Positions 34,326 through 46,414 of a stretch of DNA of 64,000 nucleotides are shown one piece after another. Origin of the DNA: Cyanophora paradoxa CCMP329. Lineage: Eukaryota > Plantae > Glaucophyta. The DNA is taken from assembly GCA_004431415.1 (NCBI GenBank), contig QPMI01000589.1, positions 1 through 64,000 of the forward strand, written 5' to 3'. Below the pieces are notes generated by a model. It was not told the origin of the DNA, did not search any database, and worked only from the letters and a program-made list of their open reading frames with translations. Each line of letters opens with the position of its first letter. The first letter of the stretch is position 1. Both the position numbers and the translations under genes were made by a program.

Positions 34326-36964
34326 CTAGACGTTCGTCGACACGCGCACCCCGCGCGCCGCGAGCTCCCGCAGCAGGCGCGGCCCCGCCGCCTCCGGATC
34401 CGCATCGCCCCCGCCCGCAAGGAACCTGCCGCACAGCTGCAGGTTCAGGTCGGGGAGCGGAGAGGGGAAGCGTGCAGGGGGGTACGAGAGGGCGCACTCC
34501 TTGAGCTGATCGTCGCCGCGAGGGCGCCGCGCCGCGTCAGCGGAAGCCTCTCGAATGGGGCGCGGGGGCGGGCTGCACCTCGGGACAGTTGCGCACGCCG
34601 AAGTACCTCATGGCGGGGCATGCGGCGAGCAGGCCGGCGAGGCGCGGGGCCTCCTCCGCATCGAAGGGGCACCGAGTGACGGAGAGGTAGCGGAGGGCGG
34701 GGGGCGAGCCCGGAGAAATAGCCTAAGGTGGCTTAGGTGTGGCGGTAGAGTTAAGACTCTGCCCTGTCGGGCAAGACTTGCTTGCACTGGGTGTCCTCTA
34801 TCAACTCTAACCGTCCCGGGCGGCTGGCGCACGCAGTCCCAGAGGTAGAGCGAGCGGAGGGCGGGGGGCGGGCCCGGGGCCTGCAGAGCACCCAGGATGC
34901 GGCCGGCGCCGTTCACCTTCCATAGATTAAGCTGCGCGGGGCCCGTGTGGGCGGCGCGAGGGGGCGGAGCGTGCACATCGCACCATCCAAAGGGCGCCGC
35001 CGGCGTGGGAGCTCGAGGCGAGGGCGGCGGCCCACCAGCCGCAGGGCGTGGAAGCGCCGCGGAGGGTAAGGTCCCGCAGGGCGGGGAAGGAGCCGGCGGG
35101 GGGCGGTGGCGCCTCCGCAGCGCTGCCGGCGCCTCAGCCGTATCGCCGGCGCGGGCGGCGGGGTGGGGGATGGGGAGGGTACAGGCATCTGCGCATCCCC
35201 TGCCCCGCCGCGCGTCAAGGGGCAGGGGGGTGGGAAGGGGCCGAAGGGGAGCGAGGGGACCTCGTCGCGGCAGCACAGGAAGAGGGTCTCGAGGGCGGGG
35301 AGACCAGCAAAGAAGGCGGCGCGGCGCTGGGCCTCTCCCGCTCCGATGAGGCAGAGGGACCGCAGGGCAGGTGTCGGGCCCGAGGCATGCAGGGCCTCCA
35401 CCGCGCGCTCCGCGTCAGCAACCCAACACAACGAAAGCTGGGGCGGAGTTCGGTGGTGAGCGCAGGGGGTGGTGGGGAGGTTGCGCACGCGCTCGAGGCG
35501 GGCCCCCGCGGGGCCGGCGAGGACGGCGGCCCACCAGTCCGAGCGCGTGGAGCGGCCGAAGAGGGTGAGAGAGCAGAGGGCGGGGAAGGATCCGGCGGGG
35601 GCCGGGGGAAGCGCGGGCCGCTCGGAGCTCGCGCCGGGGTCGCCGAGGTCACCGGCCATCCCGAGGGAAACGAGGTCGAAGAAGAGGCTGGAGAGGGCGG
35701 GGAGGGCGGCCAGGGCGCGAGCCGCGTCCCGCCCCTCCGGCCCCGCGAAGGGGTCGCCGGCTTGGACGACGAGCGTCTCGAGGGTGGCCCCCGCCCCGCT
35801 CCGCTCCAGGCCGCCGAGGGCGACGGGGCCGGGCGGGAAGATGAGGTGCAGCTCGCGCAGGCCCGCCGTGGGGAACAGGAAGAGGTCCTCCAAGCGGCCT
35901 GCGCCCTCGTCAGATCGGGGGTACGGGAATATCGAGGGCGGGGAGGGGGGCGCTACCGCGTAGGGAGAGCCCCCTCAGCTTGAGGGTGCCGAGCGAAGGT
36001 GCGCAGCGGCGGACGATCGCGCAGACAAGAGCCGAGGCCTCTGCACTGTACTTGCGTGAAGAACTGACGTCGACCTGCGGGGGGAGAATCCTCAAGTGGC
36101 GGCAGCGGCCCAGCGCGGAGGTCGCGACGTCGACAGACCTCAAGAGAGCTGAGGCTCAGCTTTCCGGCCGGGACGGCGGTGAGGGCGTCGAGGCAGGCCC
36201 GGAGCTCGCCCGTGGCTCCCGGGGGAAGGGAGAGGAGGCGGAGGGAGACGATGGAGGGCCAGCAGGGGAGGGCGGCGAGGAAGCGGGCCCTATCCTCGCC
36301 ACTGCCGTTGACCGTCACTTCGCGGAGGCCGGTAAGGAGCGGCGCGCGCTCCGCGAGGAACGCGTCGACGCCGCCGCGGCGCCACGGCAGCCAGCACTCG
36401 ACGTGCATGTCCCAGGCGGCAGACTCGAAGAGCGCAAGCGGCCCGCCCGCCGCATCTATCTCCGCCTTGAACCGCTTGCAGACGGCGCGGAGTCCGTTCG
36501 CGCTGCGGAGCACCGCGGGCCATCGGCAGCCGCCCAGACTTTCAGGAAGCTGCGCGCGCAGCGGACCAGCTCCGAGTCAGCTCAGCTGCTAATGGACTGT
36601 GCTGCTAGCGCTACGGCAGTCATGTGCGCAGCCTCAGAGCGCGCATTGGGCGCGCGCCTACCTCGCGTGCCACGGCCCGCAGGATTTTCACGAGCAGCTC
36701 GTCGGGAAGCAATGCGATCGGCGGGGGCGCTTCTTCCGATTGAGAAGCTGCCAAAGGCGCGTTCTCCTGCAGCTGCATTCGCCGTGCGCGACCGTCAGCA
36801 ACAGCGACCGCGCCGCGCCCCGGGCAAATTTTAAAGGATATAGTACGCACCGCAGCGGCGCTCGAAGCTGAGAGTTGGCCGCGCCCGCGCTTCGAATTCG
36901 CTGCGCCCGGTCCATCATTGTCCTCGCTCGAAGCCGCGAGGGCCCGCTTGCCGTCGCGCGTCAT
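34326..36964 (-). CDS. F-box/LRR paralogue A
   Basis: MTRDGKR start, PIALLPDELLVKILR F-box, LRAVCKRFKAEIDAAGGPLALFES core, ends RLLRELAARGV... Confidence 0.75.
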
Positions 36965-37218
36965 TCCTACGATGCGCGCCGATAAGCTGGCCCGCTGGCC
37001 GATAAGCTGGCCCGCTAGCGCTGGCCTAGAGCTAGCTATAGCTATAGCTTTAGCTTTAGGCCTAGGCCTAGGTGTGGCGCGCTGCGGGCTGGCGCGGGCT
37101 GTACCCCCACCCACCCCCGGCCCGGGTCTCCCTTGCCCCCCCCCCCCCCCCCCCCTCCCCCTCCCCTCTCCCTCCCCTTGCCTTCGCTCTCGCGATCGCA
37201 TGCTGGGCGGCGCGCTGC

Positions 37219-39460
37219 TCAATACGAGTGGCCATGGCCATGAGAGTTCGGCCCCGTCGGGTTTCTCGGGAGAGGCGCGGCCGCGGGGGCGGGCTGCACC
37301 CCGGGGCACTGGCGGATGCTGAGCTCCTGCAGGGCGGGGCAGGCGGCCAGGAGGCCTGCGAGGCCGGCGGCCTCCTCCGCGCCGAAGTCGCACCGAGTGA
37401 GAGAGAGCTTGCGCAGGGCGGGGGGCGAGCCCGGGGCATGCAGGGCCGCCAGGATGCTCCATGCCGCTGGAACCTTCTCCAGCGCGAGCTGCGGGGGAGT
37501 CGGGGACGGGGGGGAGGGAACACGGCGGGGGTACCCACACTCTCGAGGGCGGCGCCGGCGCGGGAACAGGAGGCGAGGGCGGCGGCCCACCAGTCGAAGC
37601 GCGTGGAGGGCCCTCCGAGGGTGAGGTCCCGCAGGGCGGGGAAGGAGCCCTCGGGGGGCGGGGCGAGCGCGCCCCGCGACCCCTCGCGACCGGCTTCGGC
37701 ATTGCTGCCGGCGCCTCAGGCCCGCGCGGCACGAGCGGCGCAGGCGAGCGCGTACCCATTCGCATCCTGCGCGCCAAACGCTCTGTCAGCGGCCGAGGGC
37801 GTGTCCGGAGGGCGCGCGCCGGGGGGGTACAGCTGCACCTCGTCGCAGTCCCGGACGGTGAGGCTCCGGAGGGCGGGCAGGCCGGCAAGGAAGCCGAAGA
37901 GGCTGTCGGCGTCCGTCTTCGCAAAGGCGCAGCCGCTCAGGAAGAGGGCCCGCAGGCCGGAGGGCGGCCCCGAGGCCCGGATCCGGATCGCCTCCAGCAC
38001 GCGCCCCGCGTTGCTCACAAAGGCCAGCGAGAGCTGCGGCGGGCCGCGTGGGATTCGGCACCGGAATAAGCATGGAGGGCTAAGCGCACGCTCTCGAGGT
38101 GGGCCCCCGCGGGGGAGGCGAGGACGGCGGCCCACCAGTCGGAGCGCGTGCATGGGCCGCAGAGGGCGAGAGAACGGAGGGCGGGAAAGGAGCCGTCTGG
38201 GGGCGGAAGGAGCCTGTGCGGCGCGGGGCCCAGGCCGGGGCCCGCGAGGGACGTGTCGATGGTGAGGCGAGAGAGGGCGGGGAGGGCGGCGAGGGCGAGG
38301 GCCGATCCCGGCCCGCCCCGCCCGGCGAAGGGGTCTCCGCCGGCGATGTCGAGTTCGAGGGTCTCGAGGGTGGCCGCCGCCCCGCTCCGCTCGAGGCCGC
38401 CGAGCGCGACGGGGCGGGGCGATAAGCTGATTCGCAGCTCGCGCAGGCCTCCCGAGGGAAGGAGGTCCTCCCAGCGGCCTGCATCCCAGCGTGAGGATCC
38501 GGAGAAGAATGGGGGCGGGGACAGGGGCGCTACCTTCCAAGGCAATGCTCGCCAGCTCGAGGGTGCGGAGCGAAGAGGCGCAGCGGCGGACGATCGCCCT
38601 CACAAGAGCCGAGGCTCCCCTGCTATGCTCGTTTATCGCATTGACATCGACCTGCGCAGGACGAGTCCTCAGGCGGTGCGGGCAACCCAAGCGCGGGGGC
38701 CTAGACGTGCCTCGAGGAGGTTGAGGCTCAGCTTGGCGGCCGGGACGGCGGCGAGGGCGTCGAGGCAGGCCCGGAGCTCGCCCGTGGCCCCCGGGGGAAG
38801 GGAGAGGAGGCGCAGGGAGACGAGGGAGGGCCAGCAGGGGAGGGCGGCGAGAAAGCGGGCCCCGTGCTTGACTCTGGAATGGTGCTCGGCCACCACCGCC
38901 ACGTCGCGCAGGCCGGTGAGGCGCGGCGCGCGCTCCGCGAGGAACGCGTCGACACCGCCGGGGCGCCCCTCCAGCCAGCGCTCGACCTCCTCGTCCCATC
39001 CAACGGACTCGAAGAGCGCAAGCGGCCCGCCCGCCGCGTCGATCTCCTCCTTGAACCGCTTGCAGACGGCGCGGAGCTCGTTCGCGTTGCGTAGCGCCGC
39101 CGGCCATTGACAGCCGCCCTGACTCCGAGGAAGCTGCACAAAGGGCAGCCCAGCTCAGCTGCTAATGAGCTGCTAAGCCAGCCTCAGATCTAGAGAGCGC
39201 ATTGTCGCGTGCCGACCTCTCGTGCGCCGGCCCGCAGGATCTTCACGAGCAGCTCATCGGGGAGTAATGCGATCGGCGATGGCGCGTCCTCCGAATGAGA
39301 AACTTCCGTGGGCGCCGTCTCCTGCGGACCCGATCGTTATGATCAGCGACAGCGATCAACGAAGAATTCGATCCAGCTGACTTCGCACCGCTACAGCGCT
39401 TAGCTATAGCTCTCTCGTTCGAGAGCAAGCTAGCTGCGCCGTCGCGCGTGCCGATGCCAG
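37219..39460 (-). CDS. F-box/LRR paralogue B (start codon not evident, last exon apparently missing; possible pseudogene)
   Basis: PIALLPDELLVKILR and the same core as paralogue A. The position equivalent to the ATG reads GGCACGCGCGACGGC. Confidence 0.6.
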
Positions 39461-39628
39461 CGACAACGCTGCCTCGCGCTCGACGCGGTACCCCGGCGAC
39501 GAGCCGCACTACTGCCGCAGCTGCCACACCGCGCCGCGCAGCTGCCGCGCCGCCGCGACGCGGCCGCTTCCTTCCGGCACGTCGGAAATCGGACGTCGGG
39601 AACGCGTACGCTTGTCGTCGATGAGAGA

Positions 39629-42600
39629 ATGATGCGCGACGGCAAGCGGACTCTCGCGGCGCCAGCGTCGGGGTCAGACAAACGTGCACACGCGGCGCCG
39701 GCGAACCGAGGGCGTGACGTCCACCGCCCGTCTCCGGCCGCGGCGCTGCCGAGCGCAGCATCGAGTTCGTCAGAGGCGCCGGCGCCGGCAGCCATCGACG
39801 GAATTCCGGATGATCTCCTCCTCTCAGAATCCTGCGGATCGTGGCGGGCGAGGTCGGCGCCCCCTCTGCGCCGCTGCTGCGCGACCACCTGCGGATGCCC
39901 GCAGCTGACGCGCACGCGGACGCGGCCATGGTGCGCAGTTATCAGCGCCGGGGACAGGAAAAGGACACATTCATCCAGTCCAATGCCATTGCCGGTGGCC
40001 CGCAGCGCTGCGCAACGCGAACCAACTCCGCGCCGTCTGCAAGCGGTTCAAGGCGGAGATCGACGCGGCGGGCGGGCCGTTCGCGCTCTTCGAGTCCGCC
40101 GCCTGGGACGCAAACGTGGAGCGCTGGCTGGCGGGGCGCCGCGGCGGCGTCGACGCGTTCCTCGCGGAGCGCGCGCCGCGCCTCACCGGCCTGCGCGACG
40201 TGGCGGTCATGGGAGGCTCCAAAGTCAAGCACGGGGCCCGCTTCCTCGCCGCCCTCCCCTGCTGGCCCTCCCTCGTCTCCCTGCGCCTCCTCTCCCTTCC
40301 CCCGGGGGCCACGGGCGAGCTCCGGGCCTGCCTCGACGCCCTCGCCGCCGTCCCGGCCGGAAAGCTTAGCCTCAGCTCCCTCGAGGCCCGTCGCTCCCTC
40401 CGCGCCCGCCGTGCTGCGCGCGCCCGGCCCCTGCTGCATTATCTGAGGACTTTCTCCGACCCGCAGGTCGACGTCAGTGCTGGACAGCCGGGGCGCCCGA
40501 CGGCGTGGGGGGCGGTCTGCGCCCTCGCCCGCCGCTGCACGCGCTCCGCATCATTTCGCGCCCTCCGCCTTTGCGGAGGCGCCGATCCGGAAGGTGGCGC
40601 CCCCTACCCCTGCCCTTCTGCTCCTCTGCTCCTACGAGACCGCGTGCGCAGGCCGCTGGGACCAGCTGCTCTCCGATGAGCGCCCCCCGGGACCCGCCGG
40701 CGCCGCGGGCCTGCGCGAGCTGCGCCTCGCAAAGCCGTCCCGCCCCGTCGCGCTCGGTGGCCTGGAGCGGAGCGGGGCCGCCGCCACCCTCGAGACCCTC
40801 GTCATCCAAGCCAGCGACCCGTTCTTGCGGGAACCGGGCGCGCGGGACTCGGCCCGCGCCCTGGCCGCCCTCCCCGCCCTCTCCAGCCTGACCGTCGACT
40901 CGATCGGCTTCGTACCCGTCGGGCAAGACTCCATCGACACTGAGGGCGGCCTCCGGCTGCCCCGGCGCCCCGTCGGCCTCCCCCCGGCCCCCGCCGGCTC
41001 CTTCCCCGCCCTCCGCCACCTCACCCTCCACGGCACCCTCACCCGCTCCGACTGGTGGACCGCCGTCCTCGCATCTCCCGTCGGCGCCCGCCTCGAAAGC
41101 GTGCGTACCCCCGGCCCAGCGCGCTTCGCGCTCAGCCCACGGACTCGGCCGCAGCTCTCTATCGTCTGGGCGTCGAGGCCCGGGCGCCTGATGGGCGCGC
41201 TCGCGGTCTCGGGGGCCCCGCTGGCCCTGCGCTCGCTCTTCATGTACGGCTGCTCCTTCCGCTGCGCCGAGGGCGGCCCCTTCCTCTCCATGCTCGCCGC
41301 CCTCCCCGCCCTCCACACCCTCTCCATCGTCGGCTGCGACCTGGTGCCGCCGTACCCCCCCGTGTCCCCTTGAGCCTACCCCGCTCACAAGCACACGCAC
41401 GGCACGGCACGGCTCCCACAGGAGGATTACGAGTGCGCGCCCGCCCGCCCGCCCCCGGGGGGCTCGCCCCGCTCGCCCGCTCGCCCGCCTCTGAGGCGCG
41501 CCGCAGCCCCTCGGAGGCGGAGGAGGACGAGTCTTCGGACGAGGAGGACCCCGTGCTCCCCCGGCCCCCCGCCGGCTGCTTCCCCGCCCTCCGCCACCTC
41601 ACCCTCGGGAGCCTCCACACTCCGAGCAAGTGGTGGGCCGCCGCCCTCGCCGGCCCCGCCGGCGCCCGCCTCGCGACCGTGCGTACCCCTGCAACCCCCC
41701 TCCCTCATCCCCATCCGCACTCCGGCCCCCTGCCCCCACCCTTCCCCTACCCCCTTTCCCCTTCTTCTACTCTCTTCCCCCTTCCCTTTCCTCTCCCCTA
41801 CCCCCCTTCCCCAACTTTTCCTGCTCCCCTTCCCTCTCCCACTTCTCTCCCACCCACTTCCTATCCCCCCTCTATCCCCTACCCTACCCCCCACCAACCC
41901 CCGTATCCGCTACTCCCCTTCCCCCCTTCGTTGCCCGCCCGCCGCCCCGACCTCGGCGGCAGCTCGCGCTGGACTCGCCGGGGGAGGAGCAGGACGCGCG
42001 GCGCATCCTGCGCGCCCTCCGCGCCTCGCGGGCGCCCCCCGCCCTCCGCACCCTCGCCCTCAACGAGTGCCCCCTGCGCGAGGCGGGCCTCGCCAGCCTG
42101 CTGCACCTCCTCGCCGCCTGCCCCGCCCTCCGCGAGCTCCACATCGAGCGCTACCCCGAGGTGCCGCCTGTACCCCCTCGCCCCCTCCTTCGAGCCGCTG
42201 ACGCGGCGCGGCGCGGCGCGCAACGACGCCGACTACCGCCAGCTCTCCGAGTGCGCCGCGTACCTGTACCCCCCTTGCGCGCTGTCCCCCGCGAGCCGCC
42301 GGCGCGCAGGATCCTGTCGAAGGGCGGGGACCTCGCGAGGAAGGCCAAGCGGCGGCTGCGGGCCCTCACCGCGCGCGGCGTCGCCTGCACCCTCCCCGCC
42401 GTCCTCGACCGCAAGGAACCGGGCGAGAACGACCCGGGCGAGGGGAGCTCGAGCGAGGGGAGCGATGCGAGCGAGTGGAGCGAGTGGAGCGAGGAGAGCG
42501 GGTGGAGCGAGGAGCGCGGGTGGGACGAGGAGGGCGAGGAGGAGGAGGAGGGCGAGGAGGAGGAGGAGGGGGAGGGGAGCTGGGACCCGACCCCGGCGGG

Positions 42601-42676
42601 GTCGGACGTGGACGAGGAGGGCGGCTCCGGCGAGGACGAGGACGGCGCCTCGGTGGGCTCCAGCGAGGACGACTAG
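39629..42676 (+). CDS. F-box/LRR paralogue C with a long acidic C-terminal tail
   Basis: MMRDGKR start, IDGIPDDLLL F-box (1-bp frameshift near 39825), shared core, E/D-rich tail ending GSSEDD*. Confidence 0.75.
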
Positions 42677-43387
42677 CAGCCCCGCGGCGAGGGGCGGTGC
42701 GCGAGCTGCAGGGCGGCAGGAGAGAGCCCCGCGGCTCTCACTCCTTCAGGCCTAGAATGCAAGTTTTCTGATCATAATTATACATAATCGCGGGGAGGGC
42801 GAGGGGGGTTGGGACCCGACCCCGGCGGAGTGGGACTCGGAGGAGAGACCGCCGTCTTCGGGGCCCCCGAGCGAGGACGAGGAGGAGGGGGGCGGCCAAG
42901 CGCAGGACGAGGAGGGCGCCTCGGGGGGCTCCAGCGCTAGCGAGGACGGGTAGGAGCCCGGGGCCCGAGCCGGCGCCCTGCGGGCCCGAGCCGCTACATG
43001 TATATAGCTCACGTTCTCCCTCTCCTTCTGTCCATAAACACGACATCGATTGATGAGCATTAGCGCCCCCGGCCCGCGGCCCGTGAAGGTGGGAGACGGA
43101 GAGCTGGTCCGCATCCGGGGCCCGAATTCGAAGCTAGGCCCCGCGGCCGCCGGCGAGCTCGAGGCGCCTGCTGTGGTAAAAAGATGCACCCCGGCCCCGG
43201 CCCTGGCCCCTGCAGCTAGCGCTGTACATGCATATGTATCTTGGCATCTGGTCCCGAGCCCTAGGCCTCCGCGGCCGCATCCAATTATAAATCTAAACGA
43301 AGTTCTCTGCACCTAGCGCTGGCTAGCTAGATTATGCTGGGACAGGTTTGGGGGCCCAGGCGGTCAGCATGCGCAGGCTAACCGCTA

Positions 43388-45233
43388 CTAACCAAGATAA
43401 GGATCTCTATAGCCGTAGCTAAAGTACACCCCGCGCGCCTTGAGCTCCCGCAGCAGGCGCGGCCCCGCCGCCTCCGGATCCGCATCGCCCCCGCCCGCCA
43501 GGAACCTGCCGCCGCGCTCAGGTCGGGCGGAGGCGGGCGAGGGAGGGAGTGCGGGTCACACTTGGAAATCTGGTCGTGATCGTCGCCGCGAGGGCGCCGC
43601 GCCGCGTCAGTGGAAACCTCCAGGAAGGAGTGTGTGGGCGGGCTGCACCCCGTCGCAGTCCCGTACAGAGAGGTGCCAGAGGGCGGGGCAGGCGGCGAGG
43701 AGGCCGGCGAGGCCGGCGGCCTCCTCCGAGCCGAAGGGGCAGGCCAAGAGGTCGAGGGAGCGGAGGGCGAGGGGCGGGCCAGAGGCCTGCAGGGACCCCA
43801 GGATGCGGCCCGCGTCAACCACACGTTTCATGGAAAGCTGCGGGGTCCGTGAGCTCGGCGCGGTGAGAAGCGAGGGGGGGAAGAGCACGGACGAGCTCGA
43901 GGCGGGCGCCGGCGGGGGAGGCGAGGGCGGCGGCCCACCAGCCGACGTCGGAGCGGGTGGAGGAGCCGCGGAGGGCGAGGGACCGCAGGGCGGGGAAGGA
44001 GCCCTCGTGGGGCGGGGGGAGCGCGGGCAGCACGGAGGACGAGGCGCCCTCAACGGACAGTTTGGAGAGGGCCGGCAGGGCGGCCCGACGGGTACGAAGC
44101 CGATCGAGTCGACGGTCAGGCTGGAGAGGGCGGGGAGGGCGGCCAGGGCGCGGGCCGAGTCCCGCGCGCCCGGCCCCCGCAAGAACGGGTCGCCCCCGTA
44201 GATGGCGAGGGTCTCGAGGGTGGCGGCGGCCCCGCTCCGCTCGAGGCCGCCGAGCGCGACGGGGCGGGACGGATCCATGAGGCAAAGCTCGCGCAGGCCC
44301 GCCCCCGCGGCGGGCCCCGCGGGGCCCACGGCGGGGAGCAGGTCCTCCCAGGGGCCTGCCGCGCGTTGTGATGGGGGAGTCGGGATGGGGCAATAGGAGT
44401 TACCGTCCGCGGAAATCCCCGACAGGCTGAGGAAGCGCAGCGACGGGGCGGAGCGGCGAACGATCGTGCTTAACAGAGCCGGGATCTCCTCGCTCGATCT
44501 AGACTCGTCCAGGACCTGCGCGTGCGGGGCACCCTGAGCGGGCGCAGGCTGGCGCGGCGGGAGTGACGGGCCTGCAACCGTTCCAGGATTAATATTGGGG
44601 CCGGGACGGCGGCGAGGGCGTCGAGGCAGGCCCGGAGCTCGCCCGTACCCTGCAGGGGCTCGATGCAGAGGGAACGGAGGGAAGGCCAGCATGCGCTGGG
44701 GATGGCCGCCAGGAAGCGGGCGCCGTGCCTGGCTATGTAGAGGAAGGACGACGTCACTGCCACCTCGCGGAGGCCGGTGAGGCGCGGCGCGCGCTCCGCG
44801 AGGAACGCGTCGACGCCGCCGCGGCGCCCCGCCAGCCCGCGCTCGACGAAAAGGTCCCAGCAGACGGTCTCGAAGAGGGCGAGCGGCCCGCCGGCCGCGT
44901 CGATCGCCTCCTTGAAGCGCTTGCAGACGGCGCGGAGCGCGTGCGCCTCGCGCAGCGCCGGCACCCAGCGGAAGCCGTCCGGCCGCTGTTTGGACGGCAG
45001 CTATCTTGGTCGAGTGAGCTCGGAGTGACTCGGCCGCGCGGAGTGAGGTCGTGGGCGCGCGCCTACCTCGCGTGCCGCGCCACGATCCGCAGGATCTTCA
45101 GGAGCAGCTCGTCGGGGAGCAATGCGATTGGCGAGGGCGCGTCGGGCGCCTCGTCCTGCGTTCGCACCGCTGCAGCGCCCGACTCCTCGTCGTCGCCGCC
45201 AGCGCTCGAAGCCCGCTTGCCGTCGCGCTTCAT
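43388..45233 (-). CDS. F-box/LRR paralogue D
   Basis: MKRDGKR start, PIALLPDELLLKILR, shared core, ends RLLRELKARGVYF... Confidence 0.78.
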
Positions 45234-45477
45234 GCTCTCCTCGGCGCGGCGAAATATGATATGTTGGATACGCCAGGCGTCGCCAGCGGCCCAGCCGCCA
45301 GCCCGCGATTCCGGTACCTCCCCAGTGATGTAAATTGGTTTGGGATGATACCCCCAATTGTAAGTGATCATCAGTCCGACATCAGACTAGCTGACTTCTT
45401 GGCTGGCATCGCACAGGCGGCGCAGCGAGCGTACGCTTCAGCCTTAGTACGTCCCGGGTCCTGCGTAGTGGCAGCCA

Positions 45478-45644
45478 TGAGCTCGAGCTGCGGCGACGCT
45501 CCCACCTTCCAGGCCTCCTTCCTCCGGGAGCTGGACAGCGGCCTCCGCGAGCGGGTCCAGAAAGCGTACGACATCAGCGAAGACTACGCAAACATCCTCC
45601 TCGACGAGGGCGCCGCCATCGCCAAGGTGCTCTTCGAATATTAA
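45478..45644 (+). CDS. Small acidic protein (55 aa), unknown function
   Basis: GCAGCCATG context, GC3-rich codons, MSSSCGDAPTFQ...AKVLFEY*. Confidence 0.5.
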
Positions 45645-45806
45645 TTCCCGCCGGCGCGGCGCGCGCGCGCCGGTGCCATGCACATGCATGCATGCGCATG
45701 CCAGCTGCGCATATGTATGCAGCTGCAGATGCTGCGCATGCAGCGCCACGCTTGACTCGTTGCACCATGGTGCGCATCGCGCGCGCAGAGGACGTGCCTG
45801 AGTGAA

Positions 45807-46175
45807 ATGGTCGAGCGTGCGGCCTGCGTCGCCAGTGAAGACCCCTTCGGGACGTCGTCGAGCCTCTACGACGAGGGCGAGGTCAAGTGCGCGCAGGACC
45901 GCGATTTCGTCAAAGCAAACAACTGCAAGCCCACACCGCTGTACGCCGAGGAGCCGACGGCGGCCGAGGCCGCCGCCGAACTCGAGCACGCGTGCGCGTA
46001 CGCGTACTACGAGGCCGACCACCTCGCTGTGCGCCCGCCGCGGCGCGCCCGATCGCGATCGCGCCCGCGCCCGTGGCCGCCGCTGTTTGGTCTGACGATG
46101 GCCATGGCTCAGAGGGACGACTTCGAATTCGCGGAAGAGCTCGCGCAGGCCGAGGCGACCGCCTTCGAATTCTGA
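45807..46175 (+). CDS. Small acidic protein, unknown function (probably one intron)
   Basis: MVERAACVASEDPF...AYAYYEADHL, a GTGCGC...CAG intron with a CTGAC branch point, then RDDFEFAEELAQAEATAFEF*. Confidence 0.55.
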   Translation: MVERAACVASEDPFGTSSSLYDEGEVKCAQDRDFVKANNCKPTPLYAEEPTAAEAAAELEHACAYAYYEADHLAVRPPRRARSRSRPRPWPPLFGLTMAMAQRDDFEFAEELAQAEATAFEF

Positions 46176-46414
46176 TCATCGCGCGCCCGCGTGCCCGTGA
46201 CCAAGCGCGCGCGTACGCGCGCATGCCGCGCGGCCGCCACCGCGGCCGGCCGCCTATGTATACCGTAATTGTAAATACGCAATGTCTTGATGCGTATATG
46301 AGTTCGTGTCGACGAGAACGGGGGGCGGGGAAGACAGACGGATCGCGAGGTTCTATATCTAGATCACGATCGCGAGGTTCCATATCTAGAGCGAGGATCG
46401 GAGCGGAGAGAGAT

